Below are positions 28,045 to 37,921 of a stretch of 64,000 nucleotides of DNA, piece after piece. The stretch covers positions 1 through 64,000 of IMG/VR virus record IMGVR_UViG_3300011008_000009; one strand, written 5' to 3'. Both the position numbers and the translations under genes were made by a program. Positions within the stretch are counted from its first letter, which is position 1. Each line of letters opens with the position of its first letter. Source of the DNA: a virus. Below the pieces are notes generated by a model, which saw nothing but the letters and a program-made list of their open reading frames with translations, had not been told where the DNA came from and ran no database searches.

Positions 28045-31000
28045 ATGGATTTAATCAAACACGAATATGAGTTAAGTATTTGGAAGGATGTCTGGGCGCA
28101 ACCTACTTTACTTGACGACTATGGTAATGTTGTAACGACCTTAACCAGTGTAGATGATAAACCAATTCTAGATGAAGAGAAGAGTGGAGTATTATCAACT
28201 GATACTATGACCTTCCCTGGTAAGGCTACTAATATTATTTTTAAAACTAAATTAAATGGTACTCATGAGCTTACTTTTGATTTGCCAGGAAAATATGTAG
28301 ACACCACTACGGGAAAGAAGGTAAAGAATTATCTACGAGATTTAATAGATAACGAAACGAAAGTTAAGTTATATTATAAAGAAAAATGGTATAGTTTTTA
28401 CGTTAAAAAAGTAACCGAAAAGCGCGAGAAGAATTATATGGTTTATAGTTATTCTTGCGAAGATAGCTTTATTACAGAACTATCTAAAAACGGTTATAAA
28501 ATTACTTTTAACGAATATACTGAACACTATATAGAACAAATCCACACATTCGCGCAAGATATACTTGAAGGCTCGGAATGGGATTATAGCATAGAAAAAA
28601 CCGAAGCCTTATGTGATTTAACAGAATATCAAGAAGAAAAGTTAGTTAAGTATGTAACAAATACGACATTAACTGGTATGCGCCCATTAATTGGTACTCT
28701 AAATCATACGATTTATTCTACAGACCAATCAGCTACTCCAATTACTATTCCTAGTGGTACAGTAGTTTATGGATTTTATTCTGAATATAAGAAATCTATT
28801 GTTAATCCACGAGATAATACAGAAGTAAAGCAATTCATTTATATTCCGGAAGATGAAGAAGTTTTAATTAGCGGCAACACGATAGTTAATAAGCGCGTGA
28901 ACTATATCTGTAACGCTGAATATCTTACTGAACCAGACCCGGCAAATATCTTCCACGAAGATTATCGTTATGGCAATAAAATAGTTTATAGTCCTTATAC
29001 TGAATACATTAAGGAATTAGACCGTTTCGCTAAGAAATATTATAAAAACCCTAGCCTTCCTGGTGATGTATTTTATAGCTATACTAAAACCAGAATTATG
29101 GTTCCGGAGATAGCTACTAACTATGCTGCTAATGGTAAAGATATGGTGGACACTACTGGCTGGGCGCCGGAAGTGGCAACTGACAAGTTAGCTGTAGATA
29201 AGCTAAGTAGCGGTTTATTTGAAACTGATAGCTCTGGTTATCCGACTTTAGTATATGACGATAATGGTAATTTTAGTCCTAATACTTATGGTATAGTTGC
29301 TAGCCAATTGACTACAAAAGCTACTGGCGGCAGAACGGTTCGTATTATTAACAGCGGTCCGTATAGTAGAAAACTTACTATTGACACACCTACTTCTTTT
29401 GCTATTAAATTACAATATAAATGGACAGACCCCAACGACCATACTACCGACCGTCTAGGTAGTCCTAGTCAATACCTGGGTGGCGCCGTTAGTGGTAATG
29501 CTCCTAATGTATGTATTTATCAACCTGTAGTTTCTGGTATAAAGGACTCTTATTACTCTGAAATAGTTACTGAGTCTTCTGCTTTGGACGATGACGGCAA
29601 CTATGTATTTGCAGCTACTCCGTTAGTTAAAGTAAATTCAATAGTAAATAATCAGTACGCAATTGTTAATTTTACTAATGATATGTTAGCTGACGGTCCT
29701 CTTACGGATTTATTCATAGTCATAGAAATAGATGCACAAACAAACCAAACTCTTGATTTTTGTATTCAAAGTTTAGAGTTCTTTGAAGCGTTTGACTATA
29801 ATGGTGGACATACAGTTCCGGCGGCAGATGGATATTTAAGAAGTCAAGAATGCATAGCTCCTTCTTGGGCTAGTTATGCTAATCCAGTAACTCAAGACCA
29901 ATATTATCAATGGATGCATGGATATATTAGATATCTGCATACAGGAGAAGTTCCTCCAGGTGGCGAAATACCAACTGCTTCACAGGCTTATACTGAAATG
30001 CAAAGTAGCTTACAGACTTGGGAAGATAAAATCATTAGCAACTATGGAGAAGATGGTTTTAAATATACTCTTGTAACTAGTGATAGTATAGTAAGTGGAA
30101 AGAGTTTTGACGAAGAGATTTACTTTAAGTTAGATGATAATAATAGAAGTTTTTCGGGTAAGCGAACAGTTGTTTATATAAATCCTAAAGAGGGCAGCGA
30201 GTATTATAATATGCTTCAATGGTATGATAACTTTAAATATCGTACCTTAAAGCAAGAAAAAAGTAATAGATTTAATTTAACCCAAGAATTGTCTAAGCTA
30301 TTCCAAGTTTATCCTTGTTATGATATTGATTACTATGCAAATGGTAAAGTAAAGAAAAAACTATATGATGAAGATAATAATGAAATTACGATAGATAATT
30401 ATACATCACAGGCTGTACAATATAGCAAACGAGTTAAAACTTTATATTATTCTGATAGAGCCGAAAACGAAAATAAATATGGCTTCAAATATGGTCACAA
30501 CTTAAATTCTATTAGTCGAGTTATAGATTCAGCAAATGTTATTTCTAAAATGTTTGTAACTGATAACTTAAGCCAGTATGCTAAAGACGGAATTTGTACC
30601 ATAGCTCGCGCCGCGGATAACATTGGTAAAGACACTTATATATTTAATTTTGACTATTTTGTTGATAGACAGCTAGTTAAAAAAGACCAAATTACTCAAG
30701 ACCTTTATAGTGCTGATACGGTTAAAGATAGTCAAGGAAATCCTTATGTTTATACTTGGACTGATTACAGAAACGGACATATAGATGATGTACCTAATTC
30801 CGAGGCTTATTCATTTGATAATGTAAACGTCTACAAAGGCTTTTTAAGAACTATCGGAGAGATAAACTCTCGTTATGATTATCTAACCGAAGAGAAAACT
30901 ACTCTTGAAAAGTATCAGTTAGTAATACTAGAAGCGTCCGTTCAAACTTATACATCAGCAGTTAAATCTTTAAGAGAACAGTTGGCTAAACAGAAAAATT

Positions 31001-33117
31001 TACTAGAAGCCTATCAAAAAGAGCAAGTAAATAAAAAGCAGGCTGAATACGCTGCTTCGTGTGAGCGCATAGAAAGTAAAATAGCTACTTATGAGATTTA
31101 TCTAGAAGGCGCGCAAAGCCTATATGAAACTTATGCTGACTTATATAATAGATATAATTGCGAACAGAAATTCTTACTTGACGCTAAAAAGCAGGAAGAA
31201 GATAAATTCAATAGCAGATACGAAAGTCTTATCAAAGAAGGCGTATGGCAAGATAGTAAATATCTAAATGATGAAGCATATTATTTGGACGCAGAAAAAG
31301 TTTCTAATGACTCAAAAGGTCCGAAAATAACCTACACTATTAATGTAACAGACCTATCTGTATTACAGAAGTATAAATTTACTGACTTTAATGTTGGTGA
31401 TGTTACTTATGTAGAAGATTATGAGTTCTTTGGAGACGACCCAGACGGTACTGCAAAATTCTATAATGAAAAGACTATCGTTGCTGCAATAACTTGTAAT
31501 TTAGATAACCCTTCCAAAAATTCCATTTCTTTACAGAACTATACTACTAAATTTGATGATTTGTTCTCTCGTATTACTGCAAGCGTTCAGAGTTTAACAT
31601 TTAACGAAAACATCTATCAGAGAGCCGCTAACTTCACTACGACTGGCGCCCTTAACGGCGATAGTATGCAAGATAGTTTATCCAATAATGATTTGACATT
31701 AGTGGGTAATCAGGATGTCCAAATTGACGGAAATGGTATATTAGTTACCGACCTTAGAATACCAAGTAATAAAGTAAAGGTAGTTGGTTCGGGTGTTTTC
31801 TTAACAGCAGACGGTGGTAATAGCTGGTATGGCGCTTTTGAGAACGGCGGTATTAACGCAAGTTTGTTAACGGTCGGCGCTATAAATACTAAATCAATTA
31901 GTATATTTAATGAGAATTATAGTAACTTTGTATGGGATAAAGATGGACTTACTGCTTATGCTACTGCATCTGCTTTTGAGGACGGAAGTTCTTCAGTTAC
32001 TAATAAATCTATAAGTCACTCATATGTAAGATTTAATCATTATGGATTATACTTTGTGAAAGATAGTGACCAATTTGACCAAGACTTGTTAACAAAGACA
32101 AGTGGCTCTGGTGGAAAAATTACAGCAGACGCACTTAATTTCATTATGAATAACGCAGACGTGGCTGTTACTTATAATGGTTTTGCTATTAATGGTCTTT
32201 CGGGAAAGGTTAGATTTACTTCTGCTGACGGTATTGTAATGAAAGACGATTCTGATGAAGAGGTTATTAGATTAGGTCATATTACAAATACTGAATTAGA
32301 CGATGATATCAAGGACTTCTGGGGCTTATATGCGCGTGGAGCGTATATAGAAGGTAAAATATATACCAATAAGGTAATCCAAAGAACTGTTGATTTAGGA
32401 GTAACAGGTAGAGTTAAAGTCGATGATATAAGTCGTAGTATGCTAAACGGTGGTAGACTAGAAATATCTAAGACTGTAGTTGAGTCCGGATCGGTTGACG
32501 TAAGCAATAGAGAGCTAAAGAAGATTACCTCTTTTGGCGCCGCCCTGTATAATATGGGAACGACCGATGATGATTTATCAGTAAATGACCAATTAAGTAA
32601 TTTAGGTAGTACAGTCTATGTCCATAAAGACGGATGCTTCTGGAGTGTAAGTAGTTATAATGATACTGCGAACACATATAATGCTAAATTATTATATGTT
32701 CGTAAACAAATGGGCGAGTATGATGAAGATACTTTTGTAATAAAGTGTAATCATTTCAGAAATGACGCTCAAGCAGTAACCAATGCTGTGGCTCCGCAAA
32801 CTCAATCCGATATTAAAATTAAGAAGAATATTGCTACTATTTCCGATAATTATTTAGACTTCATAGATAAACTGCAAGTAAAAACTTACAACCTTAAAAC
32901 TCAAGACGACTCGGCGCCGAAACACATCGGACTAATCGCTCAAGAGGTTCAACAGGCTTTAGCTGATTGTGGCTTAACTGATAATGGCTTAGTATCACAA
33001 ATGCCCGATGATACCCTTACAATTAATTATACCGAACTTCTTACTCTCGCAATAGCAAAAATTCAGCAATTAGAAAAGCGTATAACAGAATTAGAAAATA
33101 AAAAGCCCGGAGTTTAA
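28045..33117 (+). CDS. Tail-associated / minor structural protein (Tal-like) with fibre region and C-terminal S74-type intramolecular chaperone domain
   Basis: 1690 aa. N-terminus MDLIKHEYELSIWKD resembles phage minor structural protein N-termini. Central coiled coil. C-terminus: DSAPKHIGLIAQEVQQALADCGL...LTINYTELLTLAIAKIQQLEKRITELE. Confidence 0.75.
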   Translation: MDLIKHEYELSIWKDVWAQPTLLDDYGNVVTTLTSVDDKPILDEEKSGVLSTDTMTFPGKATNIIFKTKLNGTHELTFDLPGKYVDTTTGKKVKNYLRDLIDNETKVKLYYKEKWYSFYVKKVTEKREKNYMVYSYSCEDSFITELSKNGYKITFNEYTEHYIEQIHTFAQDILEGSEWDYSIEKTEALCDLTEYQEEKLVKYVTNTTLTGMRPLIGTLNHTIYSTDQSATPITIPSGTVVYGFYSEYKKSIVNPRDNTEVKQFIYIPEDEEVLISGNTIVNKRVNYICNAEYLTEPDPANIFHEDYRYGNKIVYSPYTEYIKELDRFAKKYYKNPSLPGDVFYSYTKTRIMVPEIATNYAANGKDMVDTTGWAPEVATDKLAVDKLSSGLFETDSSGYPTLVYDDNGNFSPNTYGIVASQLTTKATGGRTVRIINSGPYSRKLTIDTPTSFAIKLQYKWTDPNDHTTDRLGSPSQYLGGAVSGNAPNVCIYQPVVSGIKDSYYSEIVTESSALDDDGNYVFAATPLVKVNSIVNNQYAIVNFTNDMLADGPLTDLFIVIEIDAQTNQTLDFCIQSLEFFEAFDYNGGHTVPAADGYLRSQECIAPSWASYANPVTQDQYYQWMHGYIRYLHTGEVPPGGEIPTASQAYTEMQSSLQTWEDKIISNYGEDGFKYTLVTSDSIVSGKSFDEEIYFKLDDNNRSFSGKRTVVYINPKEGSEYYNMLQWYDNFKYRTLKQEKSNRFNLTQELSKLFQVYPCYDIDYYANGKVKKKLYDEDNNEITIDNYTSQAVQYSKRVKTLYYSDRAENENKYGFKYGHNLNSISRVIDSANVISKMFVTDNLSQYAKDGICTIARAADNIGKDTYIFNFDYFVDRQLVKKDQITQDLYSADTVKDSQGNPYVYTWTDYRNGHIDDVPNSEAYSFDNVNVYKGFLRTIGEINSRYDYLTEEKTTLEKYQLVILEASVQTYTSAVKSLREQLAKQKNLLEAYQKEQVNKKQAEYAASCERIESKIATYEIYLEGAQSLYETYADLYNRYNCEQKFLLDAKKQEEDKFNSRYESLIKEGVWQDSKYLNDEAYYLDAEKVSNDSKGPKITYTINVTDLSVLQKYKFTDFNVGDVTYVEDYEFFGDDPDGTAKFYNEKTIVAAITCNLDNPSKNSISLQNYTTKFDDLFSRITASVQSLTFNENIYQRAANFTTTGALNGDSMQDSLSNNDLTLVGNQDVQIDGNGILVTDLRIPSNKVKVVGSGVFLTADGGNSWYGAFENGGINASLLTVGAINTKSISIFNENYSNFVWDKDGLTAYATASAFEDGSSSVTNKSISHSYVRFNHYGLYFVKDSDQFDQDLLTKTSGSGGKITADALNFIMNNADVAVTYNGFAINGLSGKVRFTSADGIVMKDDSDEEVIRLGHITNTELDDDIKDFWGLYARGAYIEGKIYTNKVIQRTVDLGVTGRVKVDDISRSMLNGGRLEISKTVVESGSVDVSNRELKKITSFGAALYNMGTTDDDLSVNDQLSNLGSTVYVHKDGCFWSVSSYNDTANTYNAKLLYVRKQMGEYDEDTFVIKCNHFRNDAQAVTNAVAPQTQSDIKIKKNIATISDNYLDFIDKLQVKTYNLKTQDDSAPKHIGLIAQEVQQALADCGLTDNGLVSQMPDDTLTINYTELLTLAIAKIQQLEKRITELENKKPGV

Positions 33118-33132
33118 TCACTCCGGGTTTCT
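33101..33132. terminator. Bidirectional terminator at the convergence of the two gene blocks
   Basis: AAAAAG-CCCGGAGT (33106-33113) / ACTCCGGG (33120-33127)-TTT. Both converging ORFs end in or next to the hairpin. Confidence 0.75.
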
Positions 33133-33497
33133 GTTATTTTCATTAAGGTTTGCGCCTGTTTTGGAGTTATCTTTAACTGCTCCAATTCATCTTGCATTAT
33201 TATAGTTGAAATCGCAAAATTAGTTTTTTCCAACTCATCAATACGCTCGTGCCATAAAGATACCTTATCTGGTATTAGAGCTAAGGTTCCGTCTTCAGCT
33301 ATGTCAACTGGGGTTCCGTCTTCTTTCTTTTCTACACATTCTTTTATAAGTTTATTTACTATATCAGTATAAATCTGTATATTGGAGTCAACTTCTTTAG
33401 CAAGTTTGGCTAATTTTATACTCAATTCACTAGGAAATATTGTATCACCATTTGTGTCCAACACATCTTTTAAATCTTTTAGTTCTCTTGGTACCAT
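33114..33497 (-). CDS. Acidic hypothetical protein (127 aa)
   Basis: ORF with an SD. No motif recognised. Confidence 0.5.
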   Translation of the reverse strand: MVPRELKDLKDVLDTNGDTIFPSELSIKLAKLAKEVDSNIQIYTDIVNKLIKECVEKKEDGTPVDIAEDGTLALIPDKVSLWHERIDELEKTNFAISTIIMQDELEQLKITPKQAQTLMKITETRSD

Positions 33498-33500
33498 ATA

Positions 33501-34274
33501 TTACTCCCAAACAATAACTCTTAGTGCTAATTTTTTTGAATAGTATCTACCTATACAAATTGCGTCTGCGGCATCATCACTAGTAACATCTAAGTCATAC
33601 CACTGTTTAACTAAAAGCTGTGCGCTCTTTTTGCGGTCCGCTCTATACTTTCCTTTAACTCCACACCCTTTTCTCCAAACAGACGGATAAACGGTTTCAA
33701 AAGGAATTTTTAATTCAAAGGCAGTATTTTGTAATACTCCTTGTAGATGCGCCAAAACCTTATATGTGGTAACATTCTCTATGGCATCTCCATTAGCTCC
33801 TTTTTCATTTTGAAGCTGTATATCTTCTATGATTAAGCTATCGGGGCGCCAAATAGAAATCATATTAATCATCCACTGTTTAATAGCTTCTATACGTTCT
33901 ACTTCAGTAGATTGATTAACGGAGAATGTTCCAAATTTGATTAACTTACTATCATCAAATATTGCCCAACCAGTACTATATGTTGCATCATCTAAAGCAA
34001 GTATTCTTTTTTTAACACCTGTTTTAGGCATAACTCTGTTTTCAACGGGAGTGTAAGTTGTCGCATCACAGATTGGACAAGAATGGTTTTCGCGCCATAA
34101 TCGGTAAGTAAGAGTTACTTCGTGTCCTTGTGGACATTTATATTGAAGTTCAGTATCTAAATTTGTATAGGTATCACTAAGAAGCGTCCAATTTATCATA
34201 GACGCTTCTTTTTTCAAATCTTCTATATGAAATTTACTCATTGACGGTACTGGTTCCGCTAGAGCCGAAACCAT
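33501..34274 (-). CDS. RuvC-like Holliday junction resolvase with N-terminal zinc ribbon
   Basis: ILALDDATYSTGWAIFDD, IIEDIQLQ and DAADAICIG acidic motifs. CPQGH...CPIC at the N-terminus. Start uncertain (34274 or ATG 34241). Confidence 0.7.
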   Translation of the reverse strand: MVSALAEPVPSMSKFHIEDLKKEASMINWTLLSDTYTNLDTELQYKCPQGHEVTLTYRLWRENHSCPICDATTYTPVENRVMPKTGVKKRILALDDATYSTGWAIFDDSKLIKFGTFSVNQSTEVERIEAIKQWMINMISIWRPDSLIIEDIQLQNEKGANGDAIENVTTYKVLAHLQGVLQNTAFELKIPFETVYPSVWRKGCGVKGKYRADRKKSAQLLVKQWYDLDVTSDDAADAICIGRYYSKKLALRVIVWE

Positions 34275-35070
34275 TTTCTCCTCTAGTATTATCTGCTTCG
34301 GCGCTTACATCGCCTTCTTCAAAAATACCAATAGGCACTTCATTAAACACCATCTGAGCTATTCTATCTCCCTTAGCAATTACATAAGGTGCATCTCCAT
34401 AGTTATCAATAAGCACCTTAATTTCACCGCGATAGTTACTATCTATTGTTCCAGGAGCATTTGCTACTCTAAGTTTTGTTTTTGCACTCATTCCACTTCT
34501 CGGACGTATTTGTGCTTCATAACCCTTGGGTATCTTTAGCACAATACCAGTACCGACAGCTACTGTTTCATTAGGATTTACTGTACACGCTTCAACAGCA
34601 TAGATATCGGCGCCTGCATCACCAGCGTGAGCATAGGTAGGAACAATAGCATCTTCCGAGAGCTTCTTATACGCTACATTTATTCGTTTAGAGGGGTCTT
34701 CCTGATAGTCTAGAATGCCCTTATATGAAAGCTGCATTAATTTAAGAAGGAACTCTTTCTTTTGGTCTGAAATTTCGAAGCTATTAATAACTTCTATCAT
34801 TCCATCGTAGCCCTTTTTCTCTCTTTCGTAGTCTATGTCAGAATAAGAAGCTAAATGCTGACTTACTGTATTATGGTAAGCTGTGGAATTGAAAACTTGA
34901 TCCATAGAACCATATAGACCACTAGCAAGGTCATTAAACTCATTATCGTCCAGAGCGATTATTGCTGAAACTATACCACCAAGGTCTCCATCATTTAAAG
35001 CCTTTAACAGGTCCTGCTTAGGATCTGGAACACCATTTTTCTCAGCCATTTTAATTTTATTATTTGTCAT
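34234..35070 (-). CDS. dut: dUTPase with an N-terminal extension of about 125 aa
   Basis: AGDAGADIYA, RPRSGMS, GTIDSNYRGEI, GDRIAQMV and RGENGFGSSG match the five trimeric dUTPase motifs. The N-terminal third is unrelated. Confidence 0.85.
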   Translation of the reverse strand: MTNNKIKMAEKNGVPDPKQDLLKALNDGDLGGIVSAIIALDDNEFNDLASGLYGSMDQVFNSTAYHNTVSQHLASYSDIDYEREKKGYDGMIEVINSFEISDQKKEFLLKLMQLSYKGILDYQEDPSKRINVAYKKLSEDAIVPTYAHAGDAGADIYAVEACTVNPNETVAVGTGIVLKIPKGYEAQIRPRSGMSAKTKLRVANAPGTIDSNYRGEIKVLIDNYGDAPYVIAKGDRIAQMVFNEVPIGIFEEGDVSAEADNTRGENGFGSSGTSTVNE

Positions 35071-35085
35071 ATTTTATCTCCTTGA

Positions 35086-35274
35086 TTAGAAAGTTTTAGT
35101 AAGTTTAACAACAAACCAACTGTCTACTACTTCACCCTTAAGTTTCTTTTCCTTTTTATCACAACTATACTTAGCTAATGTGAAGGTGCTATCTGCCTTG
35201 GCTTTCTCTATAAGCCCCTCAGCCTGTTCTAGAGTATCTACCTGCCACTCTTCCGTTACTTTAGTCATTTCCAT
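35086..35274 (-). CDS. Small hypothetical protein (62 aa)
   Basis: ORF with SD (AGGGAG). Confidence 0.45.
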   Translation of the reverse strand: MEMTKVTEEWQVDTLEQAEGLIEKAKADSTFTLAKYSCDKKEKKLKGEVVDSWFVVKLTKTF

Positions 35275-35278
35275 ATTT

Positions 35279-35959
35279 TTAATCTCCCTTTAACTCATAA
35301 ATTGATGGACTGTAACCACAACCCTTTGATTCTTCACAAAGAGGTATTACGTGCTGTCTGCACTTAGGAACTAGCCAATAGTTCCCAAAAAATTCGGCTT
35401 CTTCATCAGTCATTGTGGAAAGAACTTCTAGCTTCATTAATTTAGCCAACTGCCGAATTTCCCACTGGGCGCGAGTACACAACCTTTCGCCCATAAAGTT
35501 ACCTAGCGCTCTTAAATTCATAGTTACTATCATTGTGGTCTTACAAGCATTAGGAAGTGTCATTCGAGCATCTTCCTTAGGAACGCCCGCCGCTACCAAA
35601 TAGTCATAAGTGGAATAAGCATCTTTCATACATTCCTTATATCGGTCATAGGTTTCTGATGTAACTGTAGAAGGTACGATAAAATTCGGTTCGTCTCCTT
35701 CTGCAAAAGGTTCTTCACAATATCTCTGACTACGCACACTATAACTTGCAATTCTATGACGGGTAATCTGTGCTAGCAGCGCTCTGCTAACTCCTTCGAT
35801 TTTAAAAGTATAGTTTGCGTGTTCAAGCACTGAAGTATGTCCACTTCTAACGCACGCCTTAAGTATGGTAAACGAGGGTTTACTATTATAACAAATTGAA
35901 GCACTTTCTTCACACGTTTTTATAGGGTTAGATGTACAATCAATTAAACTAACTTTCAT
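35279..35959 (-). CDS. thyX: Flavin-dependent thymidylate synthase ThyX
   Basis: ThyX signature RHRIASYSVRSQRY, plus SVLEH. Confidence 0.9.
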   Translation of the reverse strand: MKVSLIDCTSNPIKTCEESASICYNSKPSFTILKACVRSGHTSVLEHANYTFKIEGVSRALLAQITRHRIASYSVRSQRYCEEPFAEGDEPNFIVPSTVTSETYDRYKECMKDAYSTYDYLVAAGVPKEDARMTLPNACKTTMIVTMNLRALGNFMGERLCTRAQWEIRQLAKLMKLEVLSTMTDEEAEFFGNYWLVPKCRQHVIPLCEESKGCGYSPSIYELKGD

Positions 35960-35988
35960 TTTATTACCTCTCCGTTTTTACTATATAT

Positions 35989-36017
35989 ATTATATCATAA
36001 TATTTAGAAAAAGTCAA
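35989..36017 (-). promoter_or_regulatory. sigmaA-type promoter (TTGACT-17-TGaTATAAT)
   Basis: Minus strand: TTGACT 36017-36012, 17 nt, TATAAT 35994-35989 with TGa. Confidence 0.75.
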
Positions 36018-36020
36018 ATT

Positions 36021-37034
36021 TTAGCCTTTTATATTGTAACCATATCCTTGTCCTTCATAAAACTCGATCCAGTATTTTTCCTTTGCGGTTAGATCCTTTT
36101 TGTCACATTCCTCAACTACTTGCCAAGTAAAGCTATAAGGACCGTCCTCTTTCATAGCTGGATATAGTTTATTAGATGTCATAGGTTCGGCGCCGACAGC
36201 TCGTTTAAGGTGTTGCCGCCAACGCTCTGCTATATCTACTGCTTGACCTATATACACTTTTTCATTCAAAGTGTTTGTCAGCTTGTAGATACCAGTAATT
36301 TGTTTGGTTCCTATTACTCGACCTACCAAATCTGTATACGGCTTTTCGTAATAGGTTTTATAAATTAATTTGTCTAATATCTCTGGGTGATGAAGCAGAT
36401 GCTTTATACTTTGTAAAGCCTGTATATCGGATATGTCGTTTTCTGTTATATTTAACTGATAAAATTTAGCCTTTTCTCGTATCTCTTCTTGCTCTTTGTT
36501 TATCTTTATTATACTTTCTTGTTTATCACGATATTCTTTCAGTATATGTTCAAAATTAGCTTTTTCTTTTTCATACTCTTCGGTCATTTGCCGTTTCAGT
36601 CTTTCACACTGTTGTTTATAACTTTCTACTTCTTTATTGGCATTATCATACATTTGGTTCTTAAATTCTTGCGTTTCGGCGCCGATACTATCTTTCTTAT
36701 CTTTTAGTTGAGATTGATAAATCTCTTCTAAAGACTTTAGAGCTTCTTCTTTCTCTTTTACGCCATTAGATAATATCTCATAAGAACCAGTTAAATTATT
36801 AATTTTGTTTTCTAATGAAAAACTTTTGGATTGCTGCTCTCTTAGGTCTGCATAAACTTTATCTCTATTTGCAGATAAATTTTCATATTGTTCGTTTAAT
36901 TCTTTTATCTCGTTTTCTTTAGATTCGATACTTTCTTTTAATTCTTGAAGACGACGTTTGGCTTCTCTACTTAAATACCAGTAGAGAAGCGCAAGTAGAC
37001 AACTAAGAATTATAACAATTGCAATAATTATCAT
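36021..37034 (-). CDS. Membrane-anchored coiled-coil protein with C-terminal GIY-YIG nuclease domain
   Basis: N-terminal hydrophobic helix (IIIAIVIILSCLLALLYWYL). About 200 aa of heptad-rich E/K sequence. C-terminus: GIYKLTN..KVYIGQAVDIAERWRQH...KEKYWIEFY..GYGYN. Start moved to ATG 37034 behind GAGGTG. Confidence 0.75.
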   Translation of the reverse strand: MIIIAIVIILSCLLALLYWYLSREAKRRLQELKESIESKENEIKELNEQYENLSANRDKVYADLREQQSKSFSLENKINNLTGSYEILSNGVKEKEEALKSLEEIYQSQLKDKKDSIGAETQEFKNQMYDNANKEVESYKQQCERLKRQMTEEYEKEKANFEHILKEYRDKQESIIKINKEQEEIREKAKFYQLNITENDISDIQALQSIKHLLHHPEILDKLIYKTYYEKPYTDLVGRVIGTKQITGIYKLTNTLNEKVYIGQAVDIAERWRQHLKRAVGAEPMTSNKLYPAMKEDGPYSFTWQVVEECDKKDLTAKEKYWIEFYEGQGYGYNIKG

Positions 37035-37047
37035 AACGCCGAACACC

Positions 37048-37689
37048 TCAGCAAATAGTGTTTATTATTTCATCTATAAAGCCTAATTCAAGCGCCTGCT
37101 GAGCTGTGAACCAGTTATCATCTTTACTCATTTTGTCATAATCTTCTTCCGTTATGTTAGAGTTTTTAATGATATGGTCTTTGAGCTGTTGAAGTTGAGT
37201 ATTATAGAACTCAGCGTATTTCTTAAACTTATGTGCATCTTGCATACCACTACCAATAGAACCTTCGTGTAGTAGGAATGAAGTATGTTCATAAGCCATT
37301 CGCTTATCACCAGCAAGAGCAATAAAGAGTCCACTACTATATGCGGCGCCGGTAACAATAGTATAAACAGGAATTTTGGATGCTTTAATCGCATCTATAA
37401 CTTCAAAAGCGTCTATTATCGAGCCACCATAAGAGTCGATATAAATTTTAATAGGTTCTTTTTCAACCTTGCCAGCATCTAAGATATTCCATATTAGAAT
37501 ATTCTGATAAATCTGTGAACCAGTGTAGTTATTCTTGACATCATTTAATATAATTGTACGATTTTTAAAAGTTACAACATCTATTAAATCTTGAACTGCA
37601 CTGTCCTCATCCGGCGTTAGTGCGTTTTCAAGCACTTCCTCAAGAAAATCATCGAGGTCTTCTCCAGTCTTTAATTTGTCCTTATTCAT
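37048..37689 (-). CDS. ClpP-family serine protease
   Basis: IDSYGGSI, GAAYSSGLFIALAG, LLHEGS and C-terminal ELGFIDEI match the ClpP Ser-His-Asp context. Start moved to ATG 37689 (GGAGG upstream). Confidence 0.8.
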   Translation of the reverse strand: MNKDKLKTGEDLDDFLEEVLENALTPDEDSAVQDLIDVVTFKNRTIILNDVKNNYTGSQIYQNILIWNILDAGKVEKEPIKIYIDSYGGSIIDAFEVIDAIKASKIPVYTIVTGAAYSSGLFIALAGDKRMAYEHTSFLLHEGSIGSGMQDAHKFKKYAEFYNTQLQQLKDHIIKNSNITEEDYDKMSKDDNWFTAQQALELGFIDEIINTIC

Positions 37690-37921
37690 TGTTATCGCCT
37701 CCAATATTCTTTTTATGACAATAAATACATTCGTTATTTTCGTATTTATGTGGACATAATTGTCGTAGCTGAGTAATCTCTGCTTGCAAATTTTGCATTT
37801 CTGGATTAAGTACAAAAGTGTTACAAGACCAATTTGAAGTTTTGCAATTTTCAAATCTTAATTTAAGGTCTGCATACTCTTTTTCAATCCACTCTGTTGT
37901 AATGTTTTCTGGCTTGTTCAT
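37682..37921 (-). CDS. Small Cys-rich hypothetical protein (79 aa)
   Basis: CKTS..SC ... CPHK....CIYCH. Overlaps the ClpP start by 8 nt. Confidence 0.5.
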   Translation of the reverse strand: MNKPENITTEWIEKEYADLKLRFENCKTSNWSCNTFVLNPEMQNLQAEITQLRQLCPHKYENNECIYCHKKNIGGDNNE

